From Bacteroidia bacterium (lineage in GTDB: Bacteria > Bacteroidota > Bacteroidia > B-17B0 > Aurantibacillaceae): a stretch of DNA of 64,000 nucleotides. The notes under the pieces were generated by a model, which did no database searches, was not told where the DNA came from, and worked only from the letters and a program-made list of their open reading frames with translations. This document shows, in pieces, positions 21,035-30,455 of the stretch. The stretch spans positions 1,750,387 through 1,814,386 of the forward strand of contig OZ245863.1 of the NCBI GenBank assembly GCA_965229165.1, given 5' to 3'. How positions within the stretch are numbered: the first letter of the stretch is position 1; each line of letters opens with the position of its first letter. The translations under genes and the position numbers were made by a program.

Positions 21035-21877
21035 TACTTTTAATAATACATATACAAAAGGGCTTACAAAAATAAGACTATCAAATCGGTCTAAAACGCC
21101 GCCGTGTCCAGGCATAATACTGCCACTATCCTTAATGCCTGCTTGGCGTTTTAACATACTTTCCACTAAGTCGCCTACAGTAGCTAATATAGGGACAATT
21201 ACACCCAATAAAGGCCATAAATTACCCTTAGTTTTTAGTAAATAAAATTTTATTAAAAAACTAATTCCAAAAGTTACCGCTATACCAAAAATAGTGCCTT
21301 CCCAAGTTTTACCTGGCGAAATACGCTCAATTAGTTTATGTTTTCCAAACAAACTACCACCTAAGTAGGCAAAGGTGTCGTTGCTCCATATTAAAAAGAT
21401 TATTCCCAAAATTATTTTAGGATAAAACTCATACATGTTTTTTTCTTGTTCATGTATTATTACCAGTTGATTTAATAAACTAAAAGGTAAAACTGCATAA
21501 AGAATACCAGCAAATGTGTACATGAAATTTTGAACGGGAAATTCTTTTTTTGAAAATAAAGCCACAGTTAAAATTGCAAATGGTATTAATACCAAAACAC
21601 ATATCAATATATTTTCTACATCAGAATCGTAAGTTAAAAAAAATGGATTAATAAATGATAGGTAGACAATTACCCCACACATAAAACCTATAATTTTGAA
21701 AGGTTTGGCTCCCAATTTTTCTGAAATCTTGTAAAATTCATTGAGACCAATTAGCGATATAATAAAAAAGAAAATTGTAAATGAATAATAATTCCATAAC
21801 ACACTGCCTAAAAGTACGATTACAAAAATAGCAGCGCTTAAACTTCGGATACCAAGTGTTTTTAAATTTAAAGCCAT
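21029..21877 (-). CDS. cdsA: Phosphatidate cytidylyltransferase
   Basis: ISPGKTWEG; GDLVESMLKRQAGIKDSGSIMPGHGGVLDRFDS. Confidence 0.96.
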   Translation of the reverse strand: MALNLKTLGIRSLSAAIFVIVLLGSVLWNYYSFTIFFFIISLIGLNEFYKISEKLGAKPFKIIGFMCGVIVYLSFINPFFLTYDSDVENILICVLVLIPFAILTVALFSKKEFPVQNFMYTFAGILYAVLPFSLLNQLVIIHEQEKNMYEFYPKIILGIIFLIWSNDTFAYLGGSLFGKHKLIERISPGKTWEGTIFGIAVTFGISFLIKFYLLKTKGNLWPLLGVIVPILATVGDLVESMLKRQAGIKDSGSIMPGHGGVLDRFDSLIFVSPFVYVLLKVL

Positions 21878-21894
21878 AATTGTTTACAAAAGTA

Positions 21895-22299
21895 TTAAAA
21901 TAAACTAACCTTATATTTTTCGGCCATTTTTTTAATTTGTTCGTCACTAATATTATGAATATTTGCCTTTTTATGCCTGTTTTCAACTGTTACAACAAAT
22001 ACTCTATAATTAAAAAAAGCCGCCAACATAAAGTAAGGTTCTAATTCCCACTCTATAGTAAATGTATTATGAATAAAAATTTTTTCTGTTTTTTCTAACA
22101 TGCTTTTTCTAGTATTTTCTTGGCATAATTGATACGCTAAATAATTTTGCGCAAAATTAAAAATGTAATTACCCGAACTTTTCTCGGTAAAATAATCATC
22201 TACGGAAAAAATAGGGTATTTACCATTTTCGCTTAACTCAATTGCTAATGTTGATTTACCTGCACCCGGTAACCCTCGTAATAAAAATAAACTTGGCAT
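21895..22299 (-). CDS. P-loop kinase (AAA_33/PNK-kinase-like)
   Basis: Walker A GLPGAGKST; DDYF; HNTF. Confidence 0.8.
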   Translation of the reverse strand: MPSLFLLRGLPGAGKSTLAIELSENGKYPIFSVDDYFTEKSSGNYIFNFAQNYLAYQLCQENTRKSMLEKTEKIFIHNTFTIEWELEPYFMLAAFFNYRVFVVTVENRHKKANIHNISDEQIKKMAEKYKVSLF

Positions 22300-22373
22300 T
22301 GTGTTAATTAATTAACAGTAAAAATAAGTGTTTAAAACTCATATCCTAAATTAATTATTTATAATTTTAGTGT

Positions 22374-22625
22374 ATGAAAACACATAACCTACTTTTTATA
22401 TCTATTTTATTTTTAGCAATTAGCTTTAGCAAACTAAAAGCACAAACAGTTTATGTAACCGAAAGTGGTAAAAAATATCATTCAAAAAATTGTAGTACTG
22501 CAAAAACAGGTAAAAAAGGAATGGAATTAACAGTTGCAAAAAAAAACGGTTACGAGCCTTGTAAAATTTGTAAAGCTGATGAAGTTGTTGCCGATAAACC
22601 AAAGGAGACTAAGGCGAAGAAGTAA
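22374..22625 (+). CDS. Small exported protein with a Cys/His metal-binding motif
   Basis: Signal peptide, then VYVTESGKKYHSKNC...GYEPCKIC. Confidence 0.7.
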   Translation: MKTHNLLFISILFLAISFSKLKAQTVYVTESGKKYHSKNCSTAKTGKKGMELTVAKKNGYEPCKICKADEVVADKPKETKAKK

Positions 22626-22705
22626 GTGAAGGCCTTAATATAGATGTAAGGTCTAGTTTGTTGCACGTGTCGGATGCAACTATTAATCAAGAGAATATTT
22701 AAAAA

Positions 22706-23671
22706 ATGAGAGCAATAGTATATTCAAAATATGGACCACCCGAAGTTGCTCAATTAATGGAAGTTCCTAAACCATTACCAAAAGACAACGAATTATTAGT
22801 TAAGGTTTACTCATCAACTGTAAATCGAACAGATTCGGGGTTTCGCAGTGCAGAATACTTTATATCGCGTTTTTGGTCAGGACTTTTAAAACCAAATCAC
22901 CAAATACTAGGTTGTGAGTTTGCAGGTGTTGTTGAAGATTTTGGCCAGCATGTAACTTCCTTTAAGAAAGGGGATAAGGTTTTTGGATTTAATGACAAAA
23001 CCTTTGGTGGACACGGAGAGTATCTAACAATCGCTGAAACAGATGCTGTTGTAGGTATGCCAATAAATTTTAGTTTTGATGAAGCTGCTGCAATTTCTGA
23101 AGGCGCACATTATGCCCTAGTTGATATTAGAGCTGCAAAAGTTAAGCATAGCCAAAATGTTCTAGTTTATGGAGCAACCGGTGCTATTGGTTCTGCCGCC
23201 CTGCAAATATTAAAACATTTTGGTGCAATAGTAACAGCAGTTTGCAATACAAAAAACGTCGGGCTTGTAAAATCTCTCGGTGCAGATATCGTAATTGACT
23301 ATCAGACACAGGATTTCACAAAAACAGAAATTAAGTTTGATTTCATATTTGATGCTGTTGGCAAAAGTTCATTTAAACAATGCAAACCATTGCTAAAGGA
23401 AAGTGGCATTTATATTTCTACAGAACTGGGCAAAAACGGTGTGAATATACTTTTAGCTCTTACAACGCCGTTATTTAGAGGCAAAAAACTTTTATTTCCA
23501 ATCCCAACAATTATTAAAGAAGATCTAATCTTTTTAAAAGAGCTAGCTGAAAAAGGCGAATATAAACCGGTAATTGATAGGCAGTATAAGTTAGACCAAA
23601 TTGTAGAGGCATATAAATACGTTGAATCGGGACAAAAAACAGGAAATGTTATAATTAAAATAGCAGAATGA
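22706..23671 (+). CDS. NAD(P)-dependent quinone oxidoreductase/zinc-binding dehydrogenase family
   Basis: VNRTD, ILGCEFAG, GATGAIG, VIDY, DAVG, GQKTGNVII. Confidence 0.9.
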   Translation: MRAIVYSKYGPPEVAQLMEVPKPLPKDNELLVKVYSSTVNRTDSGFRSAEYFISRFWSGLLKPNHQILGCEFAGVVEDFGQHVTSFKKGDKVFGFNDKTFGGHGEYLTIAETDAVVGMPINFSFDEAAAISEGAHYALVDIRAAKVKHSQNVLVYGATGAIGSAALQILKHFGAIVTAVCNTKNVGLVKSLGADIVIDYQTQDFTKTEIKFDFIFDAVGKSSFKQCKPLLKESGIYISTELGKNGVNILLALTTPLFRGKKLLFPIPTIIKEDLIFLKELAEKGEYKPVIDRQYKLDQIVEAYKYVESGQKTGNVIIKIAE

Positions 23672-23680
23672 TAATACCAA

Positions 23681-23838
23681 CCGCTAACAACATTTACTGT
23701 ACATTGAGCGGAGTCAATCTTCTTTAGCACACTGACCCAATGTCAATCTTTTTCGGTTTACTAAAAGCCTAAGTATCTTTAAATGAACGGTTTAAATTTA
23801 TATGGGGTTAATGCTCCGAAAACCCAACTAACAATAGC
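23681..23838 (+). repeat. Solo degenerate attC-like repeat (right end eroded)
   Basis: CCGCTAAC 9 nt after the stop codon; shares GTATCTTTAAAT and a CCAACTA segment with attC3 (51885-52072); no terminal GTT. Confidence 0.6.
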
Positions 23839-23859
23839 GATAGGACGGGATAGCCCCTA

Positions 23860-24540
23860 TCATATTATCTTCCGCAAATAATCTTCAACTAAAACATTAC
23901 TATTTTTAATACTGGTTTTAAGCCAGTTTAAATATACATCGGTTTTCTCTGCGTCGCTTAGTAAATAATTTGGCACCTCTTGTCTAATACGCGTTGTTAA
24001 TTCATACATACACAAAGCAGCACAAACACTAATGTTAAAGCTTTCGGTAAAGCCATACATGGGTATTTTTACAAACTCATCCGCCATTTCATAAACCGTT
24101 TCGCTAATACCATCAATCTCTGTTCCAAAAACTAAAGCCAACTTAGTATCAACTGCTAATTTATCAATAGTGCAAGCAGTGGTATGGGGCGTGGTTGCAA
24201 CAATTTTGTAACCTTGTTTTTTTAATTCTGTTAAGGCCTGTTTGGTATTATCCTCATTGTTTTTGTGCCTATGTAGCGTTAGCCAATTACTACTTCCCAT
24301 AGCTACATCTACACTTATTTTTAAACTGTTTTTGTTTTCAATAAAATGTACGTGTTGTATGCCAAAACTTTCGGCACTTCGGAGCACAGCACTAGCATTA
24401 TGCTCTTGGTATATATTTTCAAGTACAATTTGCAAGTGATTGGTGCGCTGTTGTATTACATCATCAAAACGCTGCTTACGATTTTCTGAAATAAATTGAG
24501 TAAGATAATTTATAAGTTCTAATTTTGTTTTGTGCTCCAT
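23860..24540 (-). CDS. trmH: SpoU/TrmH family RNA 2'-O-methyltransferase
   Basis: HNASAVLRSAE, FGTEIDG, IPMYGFTESFNISV. Confidence 0.85.
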   Translation of the reverse strand: MEHKTKLELINYLTQFISENRKQRFDDVIQQRTNHLQIVLENIYQEHNASAVLRSAESFGIQHVHFIENKNSLKISVDVAMGSSNWLTLHRHKNNEDNTKQALTELKKQGYKIVATTPHTTACTIDKLAVDTKLALVFGTEIDGISETVYEMADEFVKIPMYGFTESFNISVCAALCMYELTTRIRQEVPNYLLSDAEKTDVYLNWLKTSIKNSNVLVEDYLRKII

Positions 24541-24617
24541 TTGGCAGTAAAGTAAAAAAAATATTTATTAATATTCTATTAAAATAAACTTTTGTAATTT
24601 AAAACTGTTATTATAAT

Positions 24618-25337
24618 ATGTTTGCTAGCATTGATATTAAGAGTGAATTACATAAACAAAAAGTAAAATCGTTTAGTAACGACGATGTAATTATTAACGA
24701 GGTAAACAAACTCTTCTCAAAAAGTTTATACAGCGAAAAAAATGTTTTAACAAATTTAAAAACCTATAACGATACCTTTGCACTTTTAAACGAAAAGGGC
24801 TTAGATAAAAATTTGTTGTACGCTCCTAAAACATTAAAAGAATTGTGCGTTAAATTGCGTTTAAAATTTTTAGATAGCCCCAATTATAAATTTGATGTAC
24901 CTTACGAAGCCAGTTTAAAAATTGAACACCTAAACCAATTACAAGGTAAAGAACTGCAGGGTTTTAAAATTATGGGCGAAAAAAAATCGTTTTTCACAAA
25001 AAAAAATCAAAGTAATTTTGCCTTATTTGCACCCACAATTTACGGTAATTACTATTTAATACAAAGTTGGGGCGCTAAACTTAAATGGTATAAAAAATTA
25101 CTGGCATTTCCGTTTCGTAATTTTGAATGTTTAGCTTTATGTTTAATCCTTTGGACATTGGCCGTTACTTTATGCTTGCCTACCTTTTTAATTACATTAG
25201 ATAAATCGGCAACTTATTTTTGTGGATATAGAATAGCCGTTTTTTTTCATTTACTTATTTTTTTTAGTGGTTTTACTGCTTATTATTTTGTAGGGTTTAA
25301 TAAACCGTTTAGTGAAAACAGTTGGATAGAAAAATAG
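24618..25337 (+). CDS. Hypothetical protein with C-terminal TM helices
   Basis: 239-aa ORF with two hydrophobic C-terminal segments. Confidence 0.6.
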   Translation: MFASIDIKSELHKQKVKSFSNDDVIINEVNKLFSKSLYSEKNVLTNLKTYNDTFALLNEKGLDKNLLYAPKTLKELCVKLRLKFLDSPNYKFDVPYEASLKIEHLNQLQGKELQGFKIMGEKKSFFTKKNQSNFALFAPTIYGNYYLIQSWGAKLKWYKKLLAFPFRNFECLALCLILWTLAVTLCLPTFLITLDKSATYFCGYRIAVFFHLLIFFSGFTAYYFVGFNKPFSENSWIEK

Positions 25338-25460
25338 CAACATTTTTATTTATTTTAAATAGTAATTAGTTTCAAATAGACTAAAATAGTAGTATCTATG
25401 CTTTATTAAATTTGTATACAAAATAAATAAATCTTAATTTTAAAACATTAATTTTAGTAC

Positions 25461-26441
25461 GTGAAAATTTCTAAAGAATTTAAAATTGGATTGGTTGTAA
25501 TATGTGCTGTTGCGGCTTTTATTTGGGGGCTTAATTTTTTAAAAGGTAGCAACCTTTTTTCGCACAAATATGTATTGTATGCAGTTTACCCTAAAATAGA
25601 TAATATTATACCCGCAACGCCTTTATTAATAAGTGGCTACAAAATTGGGCAGGTAAGCCAAATTAGTTTAATAGGAAGCGGTAATAAAAAACGCGTTTTG
25701 ATTAAATTTTTATTAACCGAAAATGTTGAGATACCCAAAAATTCAATTGCCCGCGCTATAAGTTCAGATTTATTGGGCTCAAAAGCCATTGAAATTATTT
25801 TAGGAGATAATCCACAATATGTTAAAAGTGGCGATACACTTGTCGCAGAAACAGAGCAAGGTTTAAAAGAATCGTTTAATAAACAAATAGCACCCATACA
25901 AGCAAAAGCGGAGAAATTAATTGGTAGTATTGATAGTGTTATGAGCGTTGTAAATTCTGTTTTAAATGTTAAAACCCGTAAAAATATTGATGAGAGCTTT
26001 GAAGGGGTGCGTAAAGCTATTTTAAGCCTAGAACAAACAGCTTATAAAATGGATGATTTAATTGGTTCAGAAAAAGTAAAAATATCAAGTGTGCTTTCTA
26101 ATCTAAATCAAATTACATCAAACCTCAGTAAAAATGGGCAAAAAATTGATAATGTAATTAGCAACATTAGCAATATGACAGATAGTTTAGCAAAAGCACA
26201 AATTAAAGATGCCATTGCAAATGCCGATAAATCAATGAAAGAATTAAATATTTTATTATCGAAAATAAACGAAGGACAAGGTACTCTTGGTAAGTTGGCA
26301 AAAAACGATTCGTTGTATAACAACTTAAATAAATCTAGCGAGGATTTAGATAAACTGTTAAAAGATTTACGTATTAACCCCGAACGCTATATCCACTTTT
26401 CGGTATTTGGAAAGAAGGATAAGAATAAACCAAAAAATTAA
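25461..26441 (+). CDS. MlaD/MCE family protein
   Basis: N-terminal TM, GYKIGQV, SDLLGSK, GTLGKL...LY, DLRINPERYIHFSVF. Confidence 0.93.
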   Translation: MKISKEFKIGLVVICAVAAFIWGLNFLKGSNLFSHKYVLYAVYPKIDNIIPATPLLISGYKIGQVSQISLIGSGNKKRVLIKFLLTENVEIPKNSIARAISSDLLGSKAIEIILGDNPQYVKSGDTLVAETEQGLKESFNKQIAPIQAKAEKLIGSIDSVMSVVNSVLNVKTRKNIDESFEGVRKAILSLEQTAYKMDDLIGSEKVKISSVLSNLNQITSNLSKNGQKIDNVISNISNMTDSLAKAQIKDAIANADKSMKELNILLSKINEGQGTLGKLAKNDSLYNNLNKSSEDLDKLLKDLRINPERYIHFSVFGKKDKNKPKN

Positions 26442-26449
26442 AAAATACC

Positions 26450-26513
26450 TCATTGCGAAGAAGGAAACAAACTAACACTGAATGAGTTTGCTTAGGCCAC
26501 CGCCTCGCAATGA
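26450..26513. repeat. Intergenic REP-like palindrome
   Basis: Perfect 9-bp inverted repeat TCATTGCGA (26450-26458) / TCGCAATGA (26505-26513), with an inner CAAACT/AGTTTG stem. Confidence 0.75.
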
Positions 26514-26542
26514 CGAACACAAAACAAAATAAAAATTAAATT

Positions 26543-27865
26543 ATGATTAGCTCTATAATTTTCTGTCTGCTTTTTATTATTGGTTCTGGCCTTTTTTTTA
26601 TTAATGCAAAAAAAATCAGACGTAATATTTTATTAGGACGCGAAATTAAAATTAACGACAATAAAAATCAACGTTTAAAAACAATGTTGCTGGTAGCATT
26701 TGGGCAACAAAAAATGTTTAGTCGCCCAATCCCTGCTATTCTGCACTTTTTTTTATACAGCGCATTTATAATTACTCAAATCGAATTAATAGAAATTGTT
26801 TTTGATGGTATTACGGGGCATCACCGTGCCTTTAGAGAAGCGCTAGGCGTTTTTTATACATTTATGGTAAGTTTTATCGAAGTTCTTTCCGTACTTGCGT
26901 TTATTGGAACGCTCGCTTTTTTAGCAAGGCGTAATATTTTAAAAGTAACTCGTCTAACTATGAATGAACTAAACGGCTTTCCAAAGTTTGATGCTAATTT
27001 AATTTTAGTGATGGAAATTGTTTTAATCTGTTTTATTTTTATGATGAACGGAGCCGACGAAGTGCTCTATTCGCGTGGATTATCTCATGCTACTAATTTA
27101 AACGATGGTAGTTTTGGGTTCTCCATATCGCGTTATTTAGGTCCTATGTTATATAATAGTTTTCCCGAAGGTGGTTTGCATGTTATTGAACGAATTGGCT
27201 GGTGGGGGCATATTACAATGGTTTTTGCATTTTTAAATTACTTACCATTTTCAAAACATTTACACATTGTGTTAGGTTTCCCCAATACGTATTTTTCTAA
27301 CCTCAATAAAAAAGGGCAATTCACAACGTTAGATTCTGTAACAGATGTTGTAGCGCCTAATTTTGACCCTGCTTATGTTGCAAAAACAGATCCCAATCAT
27401 CCGGTAAAATTTGGTGTAAAAGATGTACAAGATTTAACCTGGAAAAATTTATTAGATGCATATAGTTGTACCGAGTGTGGCCGATGTACAAGTGCATGTC
27501 CGCAAAACATAACGGGCAAAAAATTATCGCCACGTAAAATAATGATGGATACGCGCGATAGGCTAGAAGAAGTTGGAAAAAACATTGATGCAAACAAAGG
27601 TGTTTTTGTAGACGACGGCAAATCTCTTTTAGGTGACTATATTTCTACCGAAGAAATTTGGGCATGTAATACGTGTAATGCCTGTGTGCAGGAATGTCCG
27701 ATAAATATTAATCCGTTAGAAATTATAGTTGAAATGCGTCGTTACTTAGTAATGGAGCAAAGCCAAAACCCAAGCGAATTAACTAACATGTTTAGTAATT
27801 TAGAAAACAATGGTGCCCCTTGGCAATTTAGTCCTGCCGACCGCGCCAACTGGATAAACGAATAA
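26543..27865 (+). CDS. Membrane Fe-S oxidoreductase (4Fe-4S dicluster)
   Basis: TM N-terminal region; CTECGRCTSACP and CNTCNACVQECP ferredoxin motifs. Confidence 0.92.
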   Translation: MISSIIFCLLFIIGSGLFFINAKKIRRNILLGREIKINDNKNQRLKTMLLVAFGQQKMFSRPIPAILHFFLYSAFIITQIELIEIVFDGITGHHRAFREALGVFYTFMVSFIEVLSVLAFIGTLAFLARRNILKVTRLTMNELNGFPKFDANLILVMEIVLICFIFMMNGADEVLYSRGLSHATNLNDGSFGFSISRYLGPMLYNSFPEGGLHVIERIGWWGHITMVFAFLNYLPFSKHLHIVLGFPNTYFSNLNKKGQFTTLDSVTDVVAPNFDPAYVAKTDPNHPVKFGVKDVQDLTWKNLLDAYSCTECGRCTSACPQNITGKKLSPRKIMMDTRDRLEEVGKNIDANKGVFVDDGKSLLGDYISTEEIWACNTCNACVQECPININPLEIIVEMRRYLVMEQSQNPSELTNMFSNLENNGAPWQFSPADRANWINE

Positions 27866-27884
27866 ATTTAGATATTATTAAAAG

Positions 27885-28679
27885 ATGAGCAATACACCAA
27901 TAGTTGTAAAAACAATGGCCGAAATGTTGGCTAATGGAGAAACTCCAGAGATCCTTTTCTGGGTAGGTTGTAGTGGAAGTTTTGACGATAGAGCTAAAAA
28001 AATTACCAAAGCAATTGTTAGAATTTTAAATCATGTAAATATTAAATTTGCAATATTAGGGTCAGAAGAAGGCTGCACTGGTGATCCCGCCAAACGTGCA
28101 GGTAATGAGTTTTTGTACCAAATGCAAGCCATGCAAAACATTACAGTTATGAATGGTTACAATATAAAAAAAATCGTTACTGGTTGTCCGCATTGTTTTA
28201 ATACCCTAAAAAATGAATATCCCCAGCTGGGTGGAAATTACGAAGTAGTACATCATACGCAGTTGGTTCAAGAACTAATTAATCAAGGTAAATTGAAAGT
28301 ACAAGGTGGAGAATTTAAAGGTAAAAAAATAGTATTTCACGACCCTTGTTATTTAGGGCGAGCGAATGATGTATACGAAGCGCCACGAGAAATAATTGAA
28401 AAATTGGATGTTGAGTTAGCGGAAATGAAACGCAGCAAAGCCAATGGTTTATGTTGTGGTGCAGGCGGCGCGCAAATGTTTAAAGAGGCTGAAAAAGGCA
28501 CTAAAGAAGTTAACGTTGAACGTGCAGAGGAGGCATTGGCGTTAAATCCTGATGTGATTGCTGTAGGTTGCCCTTTTTGTAATACAATGATGACAGATGG
28601 CGTAAAACACTTTAATAAAGAGGATAAAACGAAAGTATTGGATGTTGCTGAGTTAATTGCAACAGCTAACGATTTATAA
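27885..28679 (+). CDS. CCG-domain Fe-S protein (partner of the upstream gene)
   Basis: WVGC, GCTGD, GCPHC, HDPCYLGR, CCGAGG, GCPFC. Confidence 0.92.
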   Translation: MSNTPIVVKTMAEMLANGETPEILFWVGCSGSFDDRAKKITKAIVRILNHVNIKFAILGSEEGCTGDPAKRAGNEFLYQMQAMQNITVMNGYNIKKIVTGCPHCFNTLKNEYPQLGGNYEVVHHTQLVQELINQGKLKVQGGEFKGKKIVFHDPCYLGRANDVYEAPREIIEKLDVELAEMKRSKANGLCCGAGGAQMFKEAEKGTKEVNVERAEEALALNPDVIAVGCPFCNTMMTDGVKHFNKEDKTKVLDVAELIATANDL

Positions 28680-28696
28680 TATCACTACTAACAAAG

Positions 28697-28784
28697 CAAC
28701 ACAGAGTAATAGTGAAACAGAGAACGCTGAGATAAAGAAACTAAAAGCGTTCTGTGTCCTCAAGTGCTCATAGCCTCTGTGTTG
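28697..28784. repeat. Nested palindromic intergenic element (CACAGAG/CTCTGTG type)
   Basis: CAACACAGAG (28697-28706) / CTCTGTGTTG (28775-28784), perfect 10 bp; inner AGAACGCT/AGCGTTCT. Confidence 0.7.
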
Positions 28785-28796
28785 TAAATAAAGAAT

Positions 28797-29336
28797 ATGG
28801 ATTTTGATTTACAGCCTACCCATCTTAAAAATGATTGTATAGTATTAGAACCCTTAAAGCCGAATGATTTTGAAGCCCTGTATGCGGTAGCATCAGATCC
28901 TTTGATTTGGGAACAGCATCCCAATAAAAATCGTTATCAAAGAGAAGTATTTGAAAAATTTTTTGAGGGAGCAGTTTTATCAGTAGGAGCTTTTATGATT
29001 TATGATGCTAAATCAAAAGTACTTATTGGAAGCAGCAGATATTATGAATATGATGCAGAAAAAAATAGTGTTGCCATTGGTTATACATTTATTTCGAGAG
29101 AATGTTGGGGTAAATCCTATAATAAAGCGATAAAAACAATAATGCTAAATTATGCTTTTCAGCATGTTGATAATGTTTTGTTTTATATTGGCTGTAATAA
29201 TTTACGTTCGCAAAAAGCTATTGCAAAATTAGGAGCAGTAAAAATTGGTGAACAACAAATTGAATACTACAGCGAAGAACAAAAATTAAATTTTGTTTAT
29301 AAAATAAACAAAGAAGAGTGGTTAAAAAAAAATTAG
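28797..29336 (+). CDS. RimJ/RimL-type GNAT acetyltransferase
   Basis: IGYTFI.R..WG..YN; NLRSQKAIAKLGA. Confidence 0.9.
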   Translation: MDFDLQPTHLKNDCIVLEPLKPNDFEALYAVASDPLIWEQHPNKNRYQREVFEKFFEGAVLSVGAFMIYDAKSKVLIGSSRYYEYDAEKNSVAIGYTFISRECWGKSYNKAIKTIMLNYAFQHVDNVLFYIGCNNLRSQKAIAKLGAVKIGEQQIEYYSEEQKLNFVYKINKEEWLKKN

Positions 29337-29430
29337 TCACGCTCCTATAATTATTAGGGGCAGAAATACTACAAGTAAATATATTCTTTGTAAATTAGCT
29401 TAGTTTGTGAAACTAAAAATAGAAATAAAA

Positions 29431-30447
29431 ATGAAAAAAATAGCATCGCTTTTACTTATCTTAACTTTATTTTTTGCCTGTAAACCCACAGCAGAAAAGG
29501 AAATGGAGGCCACAGCTAAAACAGATTCCTTATTAAAAGTAATAAATTCGCCGGAATTAGAGGCTATAAATAAAAAAATTATAAAAACGCCCGATGATGC
29601 AACTTTATATAATGAAAGGGCAAATCTATACATACAGTTTAAGCAATTTGCCGAAGCAATAAACGATGCCAAACGTGCAGCAAGGCTTGACAGTAGTAAC
29701 GCTACTTATTATATGACAATAGTAGACGCGTTATTTGCTTCTAACAAAACCCGCGATGCAAAAGAAGTATTAGAACGTTTAGAAAAAAAATTTCCAGAAA
29801 ACACTGAGGCCCTTTTAAAATTATCAGAATTATATTTTTTAATTAAGCAATATCAAAAAGCGATTGATTATGTAAATAAAGCGTTGAAGGTAGATGAAAA
29901 TATAGCAAAAGGTTATTACTTAAAGGGAAGTATTTATCGTGAAAGTGGCGATACTGCTAAGGCTTTATCGAGTTTGGAGACAGCAACTGAGCAAGATAAT
30001 AAATATGAAGATGCGTTTTATGATATTGGTGTCATCTATTCGGCCCGAAAAAAAACAATTGCTTTTGATTATTTTAATACTGTTTTAAAATTAAATCCAA
30101 ATAACGAAAATGCAAAATACGCACGTGCAAAATTATTGCAAGATTTAGAAAAGTACGATGAGGCTATAAAAGAATATGAACTAATTTTGCAAGTAAATAA
30201 AAATCGCGAAGATTGCTTGTACAATATTGGCGCTATTTATCTCGAATTTAAAAAAGATAATGTTAAAGCATTAGATTATTTTACCAAGGCCATTTCTGTT
30301 AATAGCAATTACACTCAAGCCTATTTTGCAAGAGGATATACGTATGCAAAATTAAAAGATAAAACGAACGCCCGTGCCGATTATAATATGTGTTTAAAAA
30401 TAGAGAACAATTACGCCCCGGCATTGCAAGGGTTAAATGAACTTTGA
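29431..30447 (+). CDS. TPR-repeat lipoprotein
   Basis: Likely start 29431 (MKKIASLLLILTLFFAC lipobox); serial TPR helices. Confidence 0.88.
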   Translation: MKKIASLLLILTLFFACKPTAEKEMEATAKTDSLLKVINSPELEAINKKIIKTPDDATLYNERANLYIQFKQFAEAINDAKRAARLDSSNATYYMTIVDALFASNKTRDAKEVLERLEKKFPENTEALLKLSELYFLIKQYQKAIDYVNKALKVDENIAKGYYLKGSIYRESGDTAKALSSLETATEQDNKYEDAFYDIGVIYSARKKTIAFDYFNTVLKLNPNNENAKYARAKLLQDLEKYDEAIKEYELILQVNKNREDCLYNIGAIYLEFKKDNVKALDYFTKAISVNSNYTQAYFARGYTYAKLKDKTNARADYNMCLKIENNYAPALQGLNEL

Positions 30448-30455
30448 TTTATTCT

